Below are positions 29,737 through 38,426 of a stretch of 41,656 bases of DNA, in pieces. Numbering within the stretch: the stretch's first letter is position 1; every line of letters begins with the position of its first letter. The translations under genes were made by a program, and so were the position numbers. Origin of the DNA: Chthoniobacteraceae bacterium. Lineage in GTDB: Bacteria > Verrucomicrobiota > Verrucomicrobiia > Chthoniobacterales > Chthoniobacteraceae. The notes under the pieces were generated by a model that had not been told where the DNA came from, did not search any database, and saw only the letters and a list, made by a program, of their open reading frames with translations. The stretch covers positions 1 through 41,656 of the forward strand of contig JBEBGD010000042.1 of NCBI GenBank assembly GCA_040081625.1, in the 5' to 3' direction.

Positions 29737-31226
29737 TGGCTGCCGTCGCTGAACCCGCACCCGTATTGACCGCCTCGCAGTCGCCGGCGTCAGTCGCGCC
29801 CTCGGCCGACGATCGAGCGGCGGAGCGCGCGCGCATCGATGCGTCGGCACGCACGCCGGTGTTGCTCTTTTTCCTCACGGCGCTGGGCTGGCTGCTCATC
29901 GCGACGTTCTTCGGATTCATCGGCAGCTACAAATTGCAGAGCCCGGAGTTCCTCGCGGACTGGCCGATCTACACCTACGGGCGCGTGATCCCGGCGTTCA
30001 ACGCGTGCTTTGCCTATGGCTGGTGCAGTCTCGCCGGCATGGGCGTGGCGATCTGGCTGATGGCGCGGCTTTGCAAGGCGGAGGTCAAGTTTCCCGGCGC
30101 GCTGATCTTCGGCGCGCTGTTCTGGAACTTCGGTCTCGGGCTCGCGGTCGTCGGGATTCTCATCGGCGAAAACACGGGGCTGGAGATGATGGCGATCCCG
30201 CGGCCTGCGGCGTGGATGATGTTCATCGGCTATCTCTTTGTCGGCATCACGGGCGCGGCACTCTATCGTCAGCGCAAGCACAGCACGGTGTTCATTTCCG
30301 TGTGGTATCTGCTCGGCGCGTTCTTCTGGTTCCCGTGGCTGTTTTTCACCGCGCACGTGCTCCTCGGGCAGCCTCAGCTTCAAGGCGTGATGCAGAATGT
30401 CGTTGCGGCATGGTTCGCGAATGGGCTGAACAACTACTGGTTCACGGCGATCGGTCTCGCGGCGGCGTATTACCTCATCCCGAAGGTCATCGATCGCCCG
30501 ATCCATAGCTACAACCTTGCGAGCATCGGGTTCTGGTCGTGGGCGATCTTCGGCGGGCTCACCGCGATGACGAAGCTGAGCGGCGGGCCGGTTCCGGCGT
30601 GGCTGGTGACGCTGAGCATCTCCTCGCAGATCATGCTGTTGATCCCCTTGGTTACGGTTGGGAAGAACTTCTTCAAGACCATGGAGGGTAATCACCACAT
30701 GATCTATCACTCGCCGACGGTGCGGTTCGCTTTCTTCGGCGCGGTGATCTTTGTGATCGCGACGGCGATCAACATCCTGGCTTCGCTGCGCGGGGCGGAC
30801 AGCATCGTTCACTTCACGCTCTTCGGCACGGCGACGAATGACCTGCTGCTTTACAGTTTCTACTCGATGGTGATGTTCGGCGCGATCTACTACATCACGC
30901 CTCGGCTGGTCGGCTGCGAATGGCTCTCGGCGGGAATGATCCGCCTGCACTTCCTCGGCTCGGCCTACGGTGGCGCGACTGCGGTGGCCGTGATGCTCTG
31001 CTCGGGCATCGCCGCGGGGATGAGGGGGCTCGACCCCGATGCGCAGTTCTCGCAAATCCTTTACAACACTGGGGCGTATCTGCCGGGTCGGATGATCGGC
31101 CTGGTGCTGGTCACGATCGGCCACACGGCCTTCGGGCTGCATTTCCTGCTGATGCTCCTGCGCATCGGCCAACCGGCGGGTCAGCCGACGCTGTTCGTGT
31201 CACCCGGTGAGGAGGACCAGCACTAA
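29736..31226 (+). CDS. cbb3-type oxidase subunit I (CcoN)-like protein lacking the metal-ligand histidines
   Basis: About 12 TM; CcoN scaffold motifs (TYGR..P, FISVWY, YYLIPK...PIHSY.L...GFW, HFT, GAIYYITPRL, LHF), but ligand His positions are substituted. Confidence 0.8.
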   Translation: MAAVAEPAPVLTASQSPASVAPSADDRAAERARIDASARTPVLLFFLTALGWLLIATFFGFIGSYKLQSPEFLADWPIYTYGRVIPAFNACFAYGWCSLAGMGVAIWLMARLCKAEVKFPGALIFGALFWNFGLGLAVVGILIGENTGLEMMAIPRPAAWMMFIGYLFVGITGAALYRQRKHSTVFISVWYLLGAFFWFPWLFFTAHVLLGQPQLQGVMQNVVAAWFANGLNNYWFTAIGLAAAYYLIPKVIDRPIHSYNLASIGFWSWAIFGGLTAMTKLSGGPVPAWLVTLSISSQIMLLIPLVTVGKNFFKTMEGNHHMIYHSPTVRFAFFGAVIFVIATAINILASLRGADSIVHFTLFGTATNDLLLYSFYSMVMFGAIYYITPRLVGCEWLSAGMIRLHFLGSAYGGATAVAVMLCSGIAAGMRGLDPDAQFSQILYNTGAYLPGRMIGLVLVTIGHTAFGLHFLLMLLRIGQPAGQPTLFVSPGEEDQH

Positions 31227-31930
31227 TGAGCCGCTCGAGTTATCTTTTCGCAGGTATCTTCGGATCGTTCGCCATCTCGTGCTTCACGCTCGTGCTCGTG
31301 CCGCAGATGCAGATCGGCGGCGTGACCGAGCACGTGAACGAGGATGAAGGCACGCGCTACCCGGTTTGGAACAGCCGCCCGGGCCGCGAGGTGTATATCC
31401 GCGAAGGCTGCTACTACTGCCACACGCAGCAGGTTCGCGACGTTCAGAACGGCTCGGATATGGAGCGTGGATGGGGCACGCGGCGCACGGTGGCGCGCGA
31501 CTACATGTTCGAAAACCCGCCCCTGCTCGGCAGCATCCGGATCGGCCCGGACCTCACGAACGCCGGCGCGAAAGGCTGGCGCAATGAGCCCGCAACGGAC
31601 ACGAGCAAGCCGAACCGCCGCGACCGGATGTGGCAGCTCGTGCATCTCTACGATCCGCGCGTCATCGTCCCGGCTTCGACGATGCCGCCGTATCGCTATC
31701 TCTTCACCGAGGTGAAGCGGGGCGGCCAGCCTGCGGAGAATGCGCTCCCGATCGCGGCGAGCAGGGAAGGCTACGAGATCGTGCCGACTGCTGAGGCGGT
31801 GCAGCTCGCCGATTACATCCTCTCGCTCGACCGCACGTCGCCGCTGCCGGAAGCGGGCGCACTGAAATCCGCGGCACCTGCTGCGACATCCGCACCTGCT
31901 CCCGCGCCCGCCGCGGTGGAGAAGAAATGA
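31226..31930 (+). CDS. cbb3 subunit II (CcoO)-like monoheme cytochrome c
   Basis: GREVYIREGCYYCHTQQVR, GSIRIGPDL, HLYDPR, STMPPYRYLF. Confidence 0.85.
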   Translation: MSRSSYLFAGIFGSFAISCFTLVLVPQMQIGGVTEHVNEDEGTRYPVWNSRPGREVYIREGCYYCHTQQVRDVQNGSDMERGWGTRRTVARDYMFENPPLLGSIRIGPDLTNAGAKGWRNEPATDTSKPNRRDRMWQLVHLYDPRVIVPASTMPPYRYLFTEVKRGGQPAENALPIAASREGYEIVPTAEAVQLADYILSLDRTSPLPEAGALKSAAPAATSAPAPAPAAVEKK

Positions 31931-31937
31931 TTGCCCG

Positions 31938-33119
31938 ATGAAAGAAGGTCCAGACCGCATCGATTACCAGGAGACAGGCGACGTGACCGAGGTCCACGCG
32001 GCCGTGAAGCGCGAGCATCCCGAGCCGAGCGCCGACACCACGCCGATGCCGCTTTGGCTTACGGCGGTTTGCGGCATCGCTGTTGCGTGGGCTGGTGCGT
32101 ATTTCGGCATCTTCAACGGCGGGCTGAGTGGCAACGTGTATAACGAATACCAGTCCTCGCCGGCGGTGTTGTTCCCGCTCCCGCAGAAGGATGGAGGCGG
32201 AGTCGAAGTCGCGGCGACGCTCGCGCAGCAGGGGAAGAGCATCTACGCGCAGTGCGTCGGTTGCCACGGCGGCACCGGCATGGGCGTTCCGAATCAGTTC
32301 CCGCACCTTGCCAAGGCGAGCTTCGTCAACGGCGGCGAGAAGCGTCTCATCGCGATCCTGCTCAAGGGTATCACCGGTCCGCTCAATGTGGATGGCAAGC
32401 AGTTCAATAACCTGATGCCTGCGTGGGAGTCGGCGATGCCGGATCGGAAGATTGCGGCGGTCGCGAGCTTTATCCGCCAGGAGTGGGGGAACACGGCGGG
32501 CGAGATCACCGAGGCGAAGGTCGCCGCGGCGCGCAAGGAATTTGCGAAGAAGACCGGGCCATGGACCGAAGCGGAATTGCTCGCGATTCCCGCGGACGAG
32601 AATCTGCCGGAAGCCGAGGGCGCAGCTCCGGCACCTGCGACCGCTCAAGCGAAGCCCGCGGCTGGCGCTCCGGCGGTGGCCGGGGCACCCGGTGCGACCT
32701 TCGATTTGAAGGCTTCGGTCGAGCGCGGCAAGAGCGTCTATATGCAGACCTGCTTTGCCTGCCACCAGGCGACCGGCATGGGCCTGCCGGGAGCGTTTCC
32801 GCCGCTGGCCGGCACCGATTATACGACAGGGGATGTGCGCCGGATGATCGCCATGCTGCTGGCCGGGGTGAATCCGCCGCTCACGGTTAATAACGTGGTG
32901 TATGTCGCTCCGATGCCGTCGCCGCTGCTTACGTTCCCGATCCTCAAGGAAGACGGCCCAATGGCCGACGTGGTCAACTACGTGCGCAATTCCTTCGGCA
33001 ACAAGGATGAGAAGGGCGTGACGCCCGAATTCGTCGGAACGGTGCGCAAGGAATTCGCCACGCGCACGACACCGTGGACCGAAGCCGAGTTGCAGAATTT
33101 CCCGCCGCCCGCAAAGTAA
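31938..33119 (+). CDS. Membrane-anchored diheme cytochrome c
   Basis: One TM; two class I domains (CVGCH...NNLMP; CFACH...APMP) joined by an Ala/Pro linker. Confidence 0.88.
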   Translation: MKEGPDRIDYQETGDVTEVHAAVKREHPEPSADTTPMPLWLTAVCGIAVAWAGAYFGIFNGGLSGNVYNEYQSSPAVLFPLPQKDGGGVEVAATLAQQGKSIYAQCVGCHGGTGMGVPNQFPHLAKASFVNGGEKRLIAILLKGITGPLNVDGKQFNNLMPAWESAMPDRKIAAVASFIRQEWGNTAGEITEAKVAAARKEFAKKTGPWTEAELLAIPADENLPEAEGAAPAPATAQAKPAAGAPAVAGAPGATFDLKASVERGKSVYMQTCFACHQATGMGLPGAFPPLAGTDYTTGDVRRMIAMLLAGVNPPLTVNNVVYVAPMPSPLLTFPILKEDGPMADVVNYVRNSFGNKDEKGVTPEFVGTVRKEFATRTTPWTEAELQNFPPPAK

Positions 33120-33133
33120 ACACCCGTCCCGAC

Positions 33134-33604
33134 ATGAAAACGACACTCGCACTTTTCGCCGCCCTTTTCCCGCTCGCAGCCGTCGCGCAGGACGCGACCG
33201 ACATCAAAGCCTCTGCCGAGCGCGGCAAGGCGACCTACATGATGACCTGCATGGCGTGCCATCAGCCGCACGGCAACGGCATCCCGCCGGTCTTCCCGCC
33301 GTTCAACGGCTCGGAGTATGTGCAGGGCGATGCGCGCCGGCTTGTGGCGATCGTGACCAAGGGGCTCACGGGGCCGCTGAAGGTGAAGGGCATGCAATAC
33401 AATGGCGTGCTCATCGCGGTGGACACTCAGTTCCCGCTGCTCAAGGACAACGCGAAGCTGGCCGATGTGCTCAACTACATCCGCACGGCGTGGGAGAACA
33501 AAGCCGACACGGCGATCACGCCGGACTTCATTCAAAAGGTTCGCGACGAATTCAAAGACCGCACAACGCCCTGGACTGAGGCCGAAGTGCTCGACTTCAA
33601 GTAA
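33134..33604 (+). CDS. Periplasmic monoheme cytochrome c
   Basis: Signal MKTTLALFAALFPLAAVAQ; CMACH; paralogous to domain 2 of the upstream cytochrome. Confidence 0.85.
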   Translation: MKTTLALFAALFPLAAVAQDATDIKASAERGKATYMMTCMACHQPHGNGIPPVFPPFNGSEYVQGDARRLVAIVTKGLTGPLKVKGMQYNGVLIAVDTQFPLLKDNAKLADVLNYIRTAWENKADTAITPDFIQKVRDEFKDRTTPWTEAEVLDFK

Positions 33605-33610
33605 CCGACC

Positions 33611-35659
33611 ATGGCCGACTCACACGCACACGACGCCCACGGGCACGACGAGCACGCGCATCATCCGGACCTGACGCCGCTCGGCTACATCATCGCGTGG
33701 ACTTCGAGTCTGCTGCTGCCGCTGCTGTTCTTCATCGGGGCGGCTATGGCGTGGAAGGCCGGCGCGGGGAATGTGGCGGCAGTGTCCGCGTTCACCGGTG
33801 CGCTGACAGCGGTGGTCTTCGTGGCCGCGACACTGAAGAAGTGGTGGCGGCTGTATGTCTTCTCGACGGATCACAAGGTGATCGGCCTGCAATACGGACT
33901 CTCCGGCCTCGCGTTCCTCTTCTTCGGCTTCATGCTGATGATGGTGATGCGCTGGCAGATCGCGCACCCGGGCGATGCGGTGCCGGTCTTCGGCCAACTA
34001 CTCCAGTGGCTCTTTGGCGAGGCTGCGTTCTCGAAGGACGCGCTCGGGCGCATGGGCATGCTCACGGCTGACGGCTACAATTCCTTCGGCGCGATGCACG
34101 GCACGATCATGGTGTTCTTCGGCATCGTGCCGGCGGCGTTCGCGGCGTTCGGGAACTACGTGGTGCCGCTGCAGATCGGCGCGCCGGACATGACCTATCC
34201 GCGCATCAACATGGCCAGCTTCTGGTGCTTCTTCATCAGCTGCCTCTTCATGGTCGGGTCGTTCTTCGTGCCGGGCGGCGCGGCGAAGTCCGGGTGGACG
34301 AGCTATCCGCCGCTCTCGGGCATCGCCGATCCGGGGTCGGGTTGGTATCACATATTCAACGGCCAGACGCTGTGGATCAGCGGCATGGTCTTCAACATCA
34401 CGGCGTCGCTTCTCGGCGCGGTCAACTTTACCGCCACGATCATCCAGCTTCGCGCGCCAGGCATGACGTGGATGCGGCTGCCGTTCTTCGTGTGGGCGCA
34501 ATTCATCACGGCGTTCCTGCTGCTGCTCGCTTTCCCGCCGCTGGAAGCCGCGGGGGTGATGCACCTCATGGATCGCGCGTTTGGCTCGAGCTTCTTCATG
34601 CCGACCGGCCTCGTGGTGAATGGCCAGCTCGCGGACTGGGCAGGCGGCGGCTCTCCGATCTTGTGGCAGCATCTGTTCTGGTTCCTCGCGCATCCGGAGG
34701 TGTATGTGCTCATCCTGCCAGGCATCGGCATCGTGGCGGAAGTGATCGCCTGCAACACGCGCAAGCCGCTCTATGGCTACAAGGCGATGGTCGGCGCGAT
34801 CTTTGTGCTCGCCTTCCTGAGCTTCATCGTGTGGGCGCACCACATGTATATGACGGGCATGGGATCGAAGGTCAGCGCCTTCTTCCAGACGACGACCATC
34901 CTGATTTCGGTGCCATCGGTGATCCTGCTCACGGCGCTGCTGCTTTCGCTGTGGGGCGGATCGATCCGGTTCAATACGCCGATGCTCTTCGCCGCCGCAT
35001 TCCTGCCGCAGTTCGGCATCGGCGGACTCACGGGCATCCCGCTCGCGTTCAATGCCGTCGATCTCTACCTGCACGACACCTACTACATCATCGCGCACTT
35101 CCACTACGTGGTCGCGCCGGGGACGATCTTCGCGCTGTTCGCGGGCATCTATCATTGGTTCCCGAAGATCACCGGCCGTCACCTGAATGAATTCTGGGGC
35201 AAGGCTCACTTCTGGACTTCGTGCATCTTCATCAACGGCCTCTTCCTGCCGATGTTCCTCCAAGGCATGGCCGGCGTGCATCGGCGCTGGTATGACGGCG
35301 GTGCCGCATACGAGCAGATCTCGAAGAAGGTCGTCTTCGGCCAGGACAGCTTCTACTGGAACAACGTCAGCTCCACCTGCGCCTTCCTGCTCGGCGCCGT
35401 GCAGTTCATCTTCATCGCCAACCTCATCTGGAGCATCTACCGCGGGGAAAAAGTCGGTCGCAATCCGTGGAATTGCACCACCCTCGAATGGGACGCGCCC
35501 ACACCGCCGCCGCACGGCAACTTCGACAAGGAGCTGCGCGTCTATCGCGGCCCTTACGAATACAGCGTGCCCGGTGCCGACAAGGACTTCACCCCGCAGA
35601 CCGAACCGCCGCCATCCGCCCAGCCGCAACCCGCGCCCGAGCCTGCGCTGGTGAAGTAA
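33611..35659 (+). CDS. ctaD: Heme-copper oxidase subunit I, A1 type
   Basis: STDHK.IG, MHGTIM, GAPDM.YPR.N (D channel), WFLAHPEVY, WAHHM, HDTYY.IAHFHY, RRWY; all six His ligands present. Confidence 0.95.
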   Translation: MADSHAHDAHGHDEHAHHPDLTPLGYIIAWTSSLLLPLLFFIGAAMAWKAGAGNVAAVSAFTGALTAVVFVAATLKKWWRLYVFSTDHKVIGLQYGLSGLAFLFFGFMLMMVMRWQIAHPGDAVPVFGQLLQWLFGEAAFSKDALGRMGMLTADGYNSFGAMHGTIMVFFGIVPAAFAAFGNYVVPLQIGAPDMTYPRINMASFWCFFISCLFMVGSFFVPGGAAKSGWTSYPPLSGIADPGSGWYHIFNGQTLWISGMVFNITASLLGAVNFTATIIQLRAPGMTWMRLPFFVWAQFITAFLLLLAFPPLEAAGVMHLMDRAFGSSFFMPTGLVVNGQLADWAGGGSPILWQHLFWFLAHPEVYVLILPGIGIVAEVIACNTRKPLYGYKAMVGAIFVLAFLSFIVWAHHMYMTGMGSKVSAFFQTTTILISVPSVILLTALLLSLWGGSIRFNTPMLFAAAFLPQFGIGGLTGIPLAFNAVDLYLHDTYYIIAHFHYVVAPGTIFALFAGIYHWFPKITGRHLNEFWGKAHFWTSCIFINGLFLPMFLQGMAGVHRRWYDGGAAYEQISKKVVFGQDSFYWNNVSSTCAFLLGAVQFIFIANLIWSIYRGEKVGRNPWNCTTLEWDAPTPPPHGNFDKELRVYRGPYEYSVPGADKDFTPQTEPPPSAQPQPAPEPALVK

Positions 35660-35677
35660 CGCCGCCACACTTTCGAC

Positions 35678-36760
35678 ATGCAGATTCCTCACGAAGTCCA
35701 GGCCCGACCCGATACCGGGCTCTACAACGCCAAGCTCGGCATCTGGCTCTTCCTTGCCTCGGAAGTGATGCTCTTCGGCGGCCTCTTCTCCGCCTACATC
35801 TTCCTGCGTCTCGGCGCTGACGACGGCTACTGGCCGCATGGCCTGCTCAACGTGCCCGTCGGCACGCTGAACACGGCGATCCTGATCCTTTCGTCGGTCA
35901 CCGTCATCCGCGCATGGGTCGCGCTGAAGATGCGCCGCTTCGATGAATACAAACGGTGGATGGGCCTCACCATCATCTGCGCCTTCATCTTCCTCGGCGT
36001 AAAACTCATCTACGAGTGGCCGCAGAAGTTCGCGCACTTCGGCGCCATCCTCCGCAAGGACAAGATGGGCGAATACGAGAAATTCCTCGGCAATGAGCAC
36101 ATGAAGGCCAAGGGCCTCGCGCCGCGCAACGAGATCAGCGGCCATCTCGAAGCCGTCGAGTTCACCTTCACCGGCAAGGACATCGCCGCGGTAAAAATCT
36201 ACGCCGACAAAAAGAGCTGCATGGTCGTGGATGCCCCTGCGCACGGCGGGCCTGCTGCCCCGGCTGCCGGGCACGATGCGAAAGCCGCGGACGGCAAGCT
36301 TTACAAGTTCGAGTCGAAGACCCACGGCGCAGGCTTCTGGCCATCGGTCGCCGAGGGACTCGAGAAGATCGACGGCGTGAAGGTCGTCGCCTTCGAAGTG
36401 ATGCCCGACCCGGTCAACGAAGACCCGACCAACGCGGACAACGAGAAGCCGCACTTCCTGCCGAAGCATCCGAACCCGAAAGCGACGCCCATCGTGATCA
36501 AGGCCGACGACATCCATCACTGGAGCGCGTTCGTGCCCAAGCACAGCACGTATTTCGCGACCTACTTCATGATCACCGGCCTGCACGGCCTGCACGTGCT
36601 CGGCGGCGCGCTGGTCTTCTGCTTCCTCTGGGGACCCGGCGCGGCGCTCTACCGCAAGAACCCCGAGCACCTCGCCAACCGCGTCGAAGTCGCCGGCTTG
36701 TTCTGGCACTTTGTCGATCTGGTTTGGATCTTCGTTTTCCCGCTCTTTTACCTGCTGTAG
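35678..36760 (+). CDS. ctaE: Cytochrome c oxidase subunit III with large soluble insertion
   Basis: GIWLFLASEVMLFGGLF, NTAILILSS, TGLHGLHV, GLFWHFVDLVWIF.FP. Confidence 0.9.
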   Translation: MQIPHEVQARPDTGLYNAKLGIWLFLASEVMLFGGLFSAYIFLRLGADDGYWPHGLLNVPVGTLNTAILILSSVTVIRAWVALKMRRFDEYKRWMGLTIICAFIFLGVKLIYEWPQKFAHFGAILRKDKMGEYEKFLGNEHMKAKGLAPRNEISGHLEAVEFTFTGKDIAAVKIYADKKSCMVVDAPAHGGPAAPAAGHDAKAADGKLYKFESKTHGAGFWPSVAEGLEKIDGVKVVAFEVMPDPVNEDPTNADNEKPHFLPKHPNPKATPIVIKADDIHHWSAFVPKHSTYFATYFMITGLHGLHVLGGALVFCFLWGPGAALYRKNPEHLANRVEVAGLFWHFVDLVWIFVFPLFYLL

Positions 36761-36768
36761 CCTTACCC

Positions 36769-37155
36769 ATGAGCAGCGACCCGCACAGCCACGAACCCGT
36801 CTCTCACGACTCGCACGATCCGCATGCGCCGCCGGCGAATGCGCACGAGATCGAGCATCATATCGCCCTCTACTGGAAGATCGGCGGCATCCTGCTCGTC
36901 TTCACCCTGATCACGGTGGCCCTCTCCTACGTGAATCTCGACAAGCTCTTTCACGGCGGAAACATGATCATCGGCATGATCGTCGCGAGCTTCAAAGTCA
37001 GCCTTGTCGCGGCAATCTTCATGCACCTCAAGCAGGAGCGCGCGACCGTCTGGCGTTTCCTCTACTTCACGTTCTTTTTCGTGATGGGGTTGTTCCTGCT
37101 CTTCTGGTTCGCGTATGCGGATCCGATCTTCGGCACGCATTATTGGACCCACTGA
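36769..37155 (+). CDS. ctaF: Cytochrome c oxidase subunit IV family protein
   Basis: Three TM; K.SLV..IFMHLK motif; His-rich N-terminus. Confidence 0.8.
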   Translation: MSSDPHSHEPVSHDSHDPHAPPANAHEIEHHIALYWKIGGILLVFTLITVALSYVNLDKLFHGGNMIIGMIVASFKVSLVAAIFMHLKQERATVWRFLYFTFFFVMGLFLLFWFAYADPIFGTHYWTH

Positions 37156-37156
37156 G

Positions 37157-37342
37157 ATGTCGCTGAAAGCCTTCCACGTTTTCTTCATCACCCTGTCTGT
37201 CCTGCTATCGACTGGGTGTTCGGTGTGGGGATTTCTCAACGGCGTCACACCGATCTTTGGCAGTGCCGCCGCGGCGATCGCCGTCGCGCTCGTCATCTAC
37301 GGCTTTTATTTTGTGAAGAAAGCGCGGGGCATCATCACATGA
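37157..37342 (+). CDS. Small 2-TM hypothetical protein
   Basis: MSLKAFHVFFI..., 61 aa, closely coupled to both neighbours. Confidence 0.7.
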   Translation: MSLKAFHVFFITLSVLLSTGCSVWGFLNGVTPIFGSAAAAIAVALVIYGFYFVKKARGIIT

Positions 37343-37575
37343 AGCGACTCGCCCGACTCATCGTCGTCGCTTCCGTCCTTGCGCCTCAGCTCGCGAGTGC
37401 ATGCAGCGTCTGCATGGGCGATCCGAACTCGAACGTCGCCAAGGGCGCGAACGCCGCGATCTTCCTCATGCTCGGCGTCCTCGCCACGATGTTCAGCCTG
37501 CTCGGCGCCTTTGCGCTGGGCATCTACCGCCGATCGAAACTACCGCCGCCGGCGCACACCGAATTTCAGCAATGA
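37339..37575 (+). CDS. Small membrane protein with signal peptide and CxxC
   Basis: MKRLARL...ASA-CSVCMGDP, then one TM; ATGA overlaps at both ends. Confidence 0.7.
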   Translation: MKRLARLIVVASVLAPQLASACSVCMGDPNSNVAKGANAAIFLMLGVLATMFSLLGAFALGIYRRSKLPPPAHTEFQQ

Positions 37576-38390
37576 CCATCAACGAACTCATCGGCATCGT
37601 CCCAAACTGGTCCGAGCACGGCACGAACATCGACCACATGCTCGAGTTCTGTCACTGGTTCATGGCCGCGCTCTTCGTGGGCTGGACGACCTACTTCTTC
37701 TACGCCATCTGGCGCTTCAGCGCGCGGCGGCACCCGAAAGCCAACTACTACGGCGTGAAGAGCAAGGCCTCGCTCCACCTCGAGGTCTCCGTCGTCATCG
37801 TCGAAGCCGTGCTCCTGCTCGGGTTTGCGCTCCCGCTGTGGGGCGAGCGTGTCGGTCCCGATAGCTGGCCCGACAAGGACAAGGCGCTGAAGGTCCGCGC
37901 CATCGCCGAGCAGTTCGCGTGGAATTTCCACTACCCCGGCCCCGACGGCGTCTTTGGCCGGCAGGACAACCGCCTCATCGCCGGCGACAACTCGATCGGC
38001 ATCGACAAGACCGATCCGGCCGCAGCGGATGACATCGTCACCAGGGGCGAACTCCACCTCGAGCAATACCGCCCGACCTTGATCGAAATCACCTCCAAGG
38101 ACGTCATTCACAGCCTCTCGTTGCACCCGATGCGCATGTGCCAGGACGCCATCCCCGGCAGCGTGATCCCGATGTGGTTTCGCCCGATCAAGACTGGCGA
38201 ATTCGAGATCGTCTGCGCGCAGCTCTGCGGCACGAACCATTACGCGATGAAAGCCAACATGATCACGGAGACCAAGGCGGATTTCGACGCGTGGTTCAGC
38301 GAAGTCTCCAAGCTGCAGCATCCCGCCGCAGCGCCCACGGCGAGCGCCGCCTCCGGCTTCCAGCCGATCGCGCAGGCCGAGGGCAAATAG
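37572..38390 (+). CDS. ctaC: Cytochrome c oxidase subunit II (CuA), no fused cytochrome c
   Basis: Two TM, QFAWNFHYPG, DVIHS, CAQLCGTNHYAM; no CxxCH. Confidence 0.92.
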   Translation: MTINELIGIVPNWSEHGTNIDHMLEFCHWFMAALFVGWTTYFFYAIWRFSARRHPKANYYGVKSKASLHLEVSVVIVEAVLLLGFALPLWGERVGPDSWPDKDKALKVRAIAEQFAWNFHYPGPDGVFGRQDNRLIAGDNSIGIDKTDPAAADDIVTRGELHLEQYRPTLIEITSKDVIHSLSLHPMRMCQDAIPGSVIPMWFRPIKTGEFEIVCAQLCGTNHYAMKANMITETKADFDAWFSEVSKLQHPAAAPTASAASGFQPIAQAEGK

Positions 38391-38426
38391 GCCGCAGGCG
38401 CATTCGCGCCGCGTCATCCGTTCATC

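Noticed and set aside
29736..31226. Functional cbb3 oxidase, or a pseudogene
   Set aside because: Metal ligands are absent, so not catalytic; the ORF is full-length, uninterrupted and translationally coupled, so not evidently a pseudogene.
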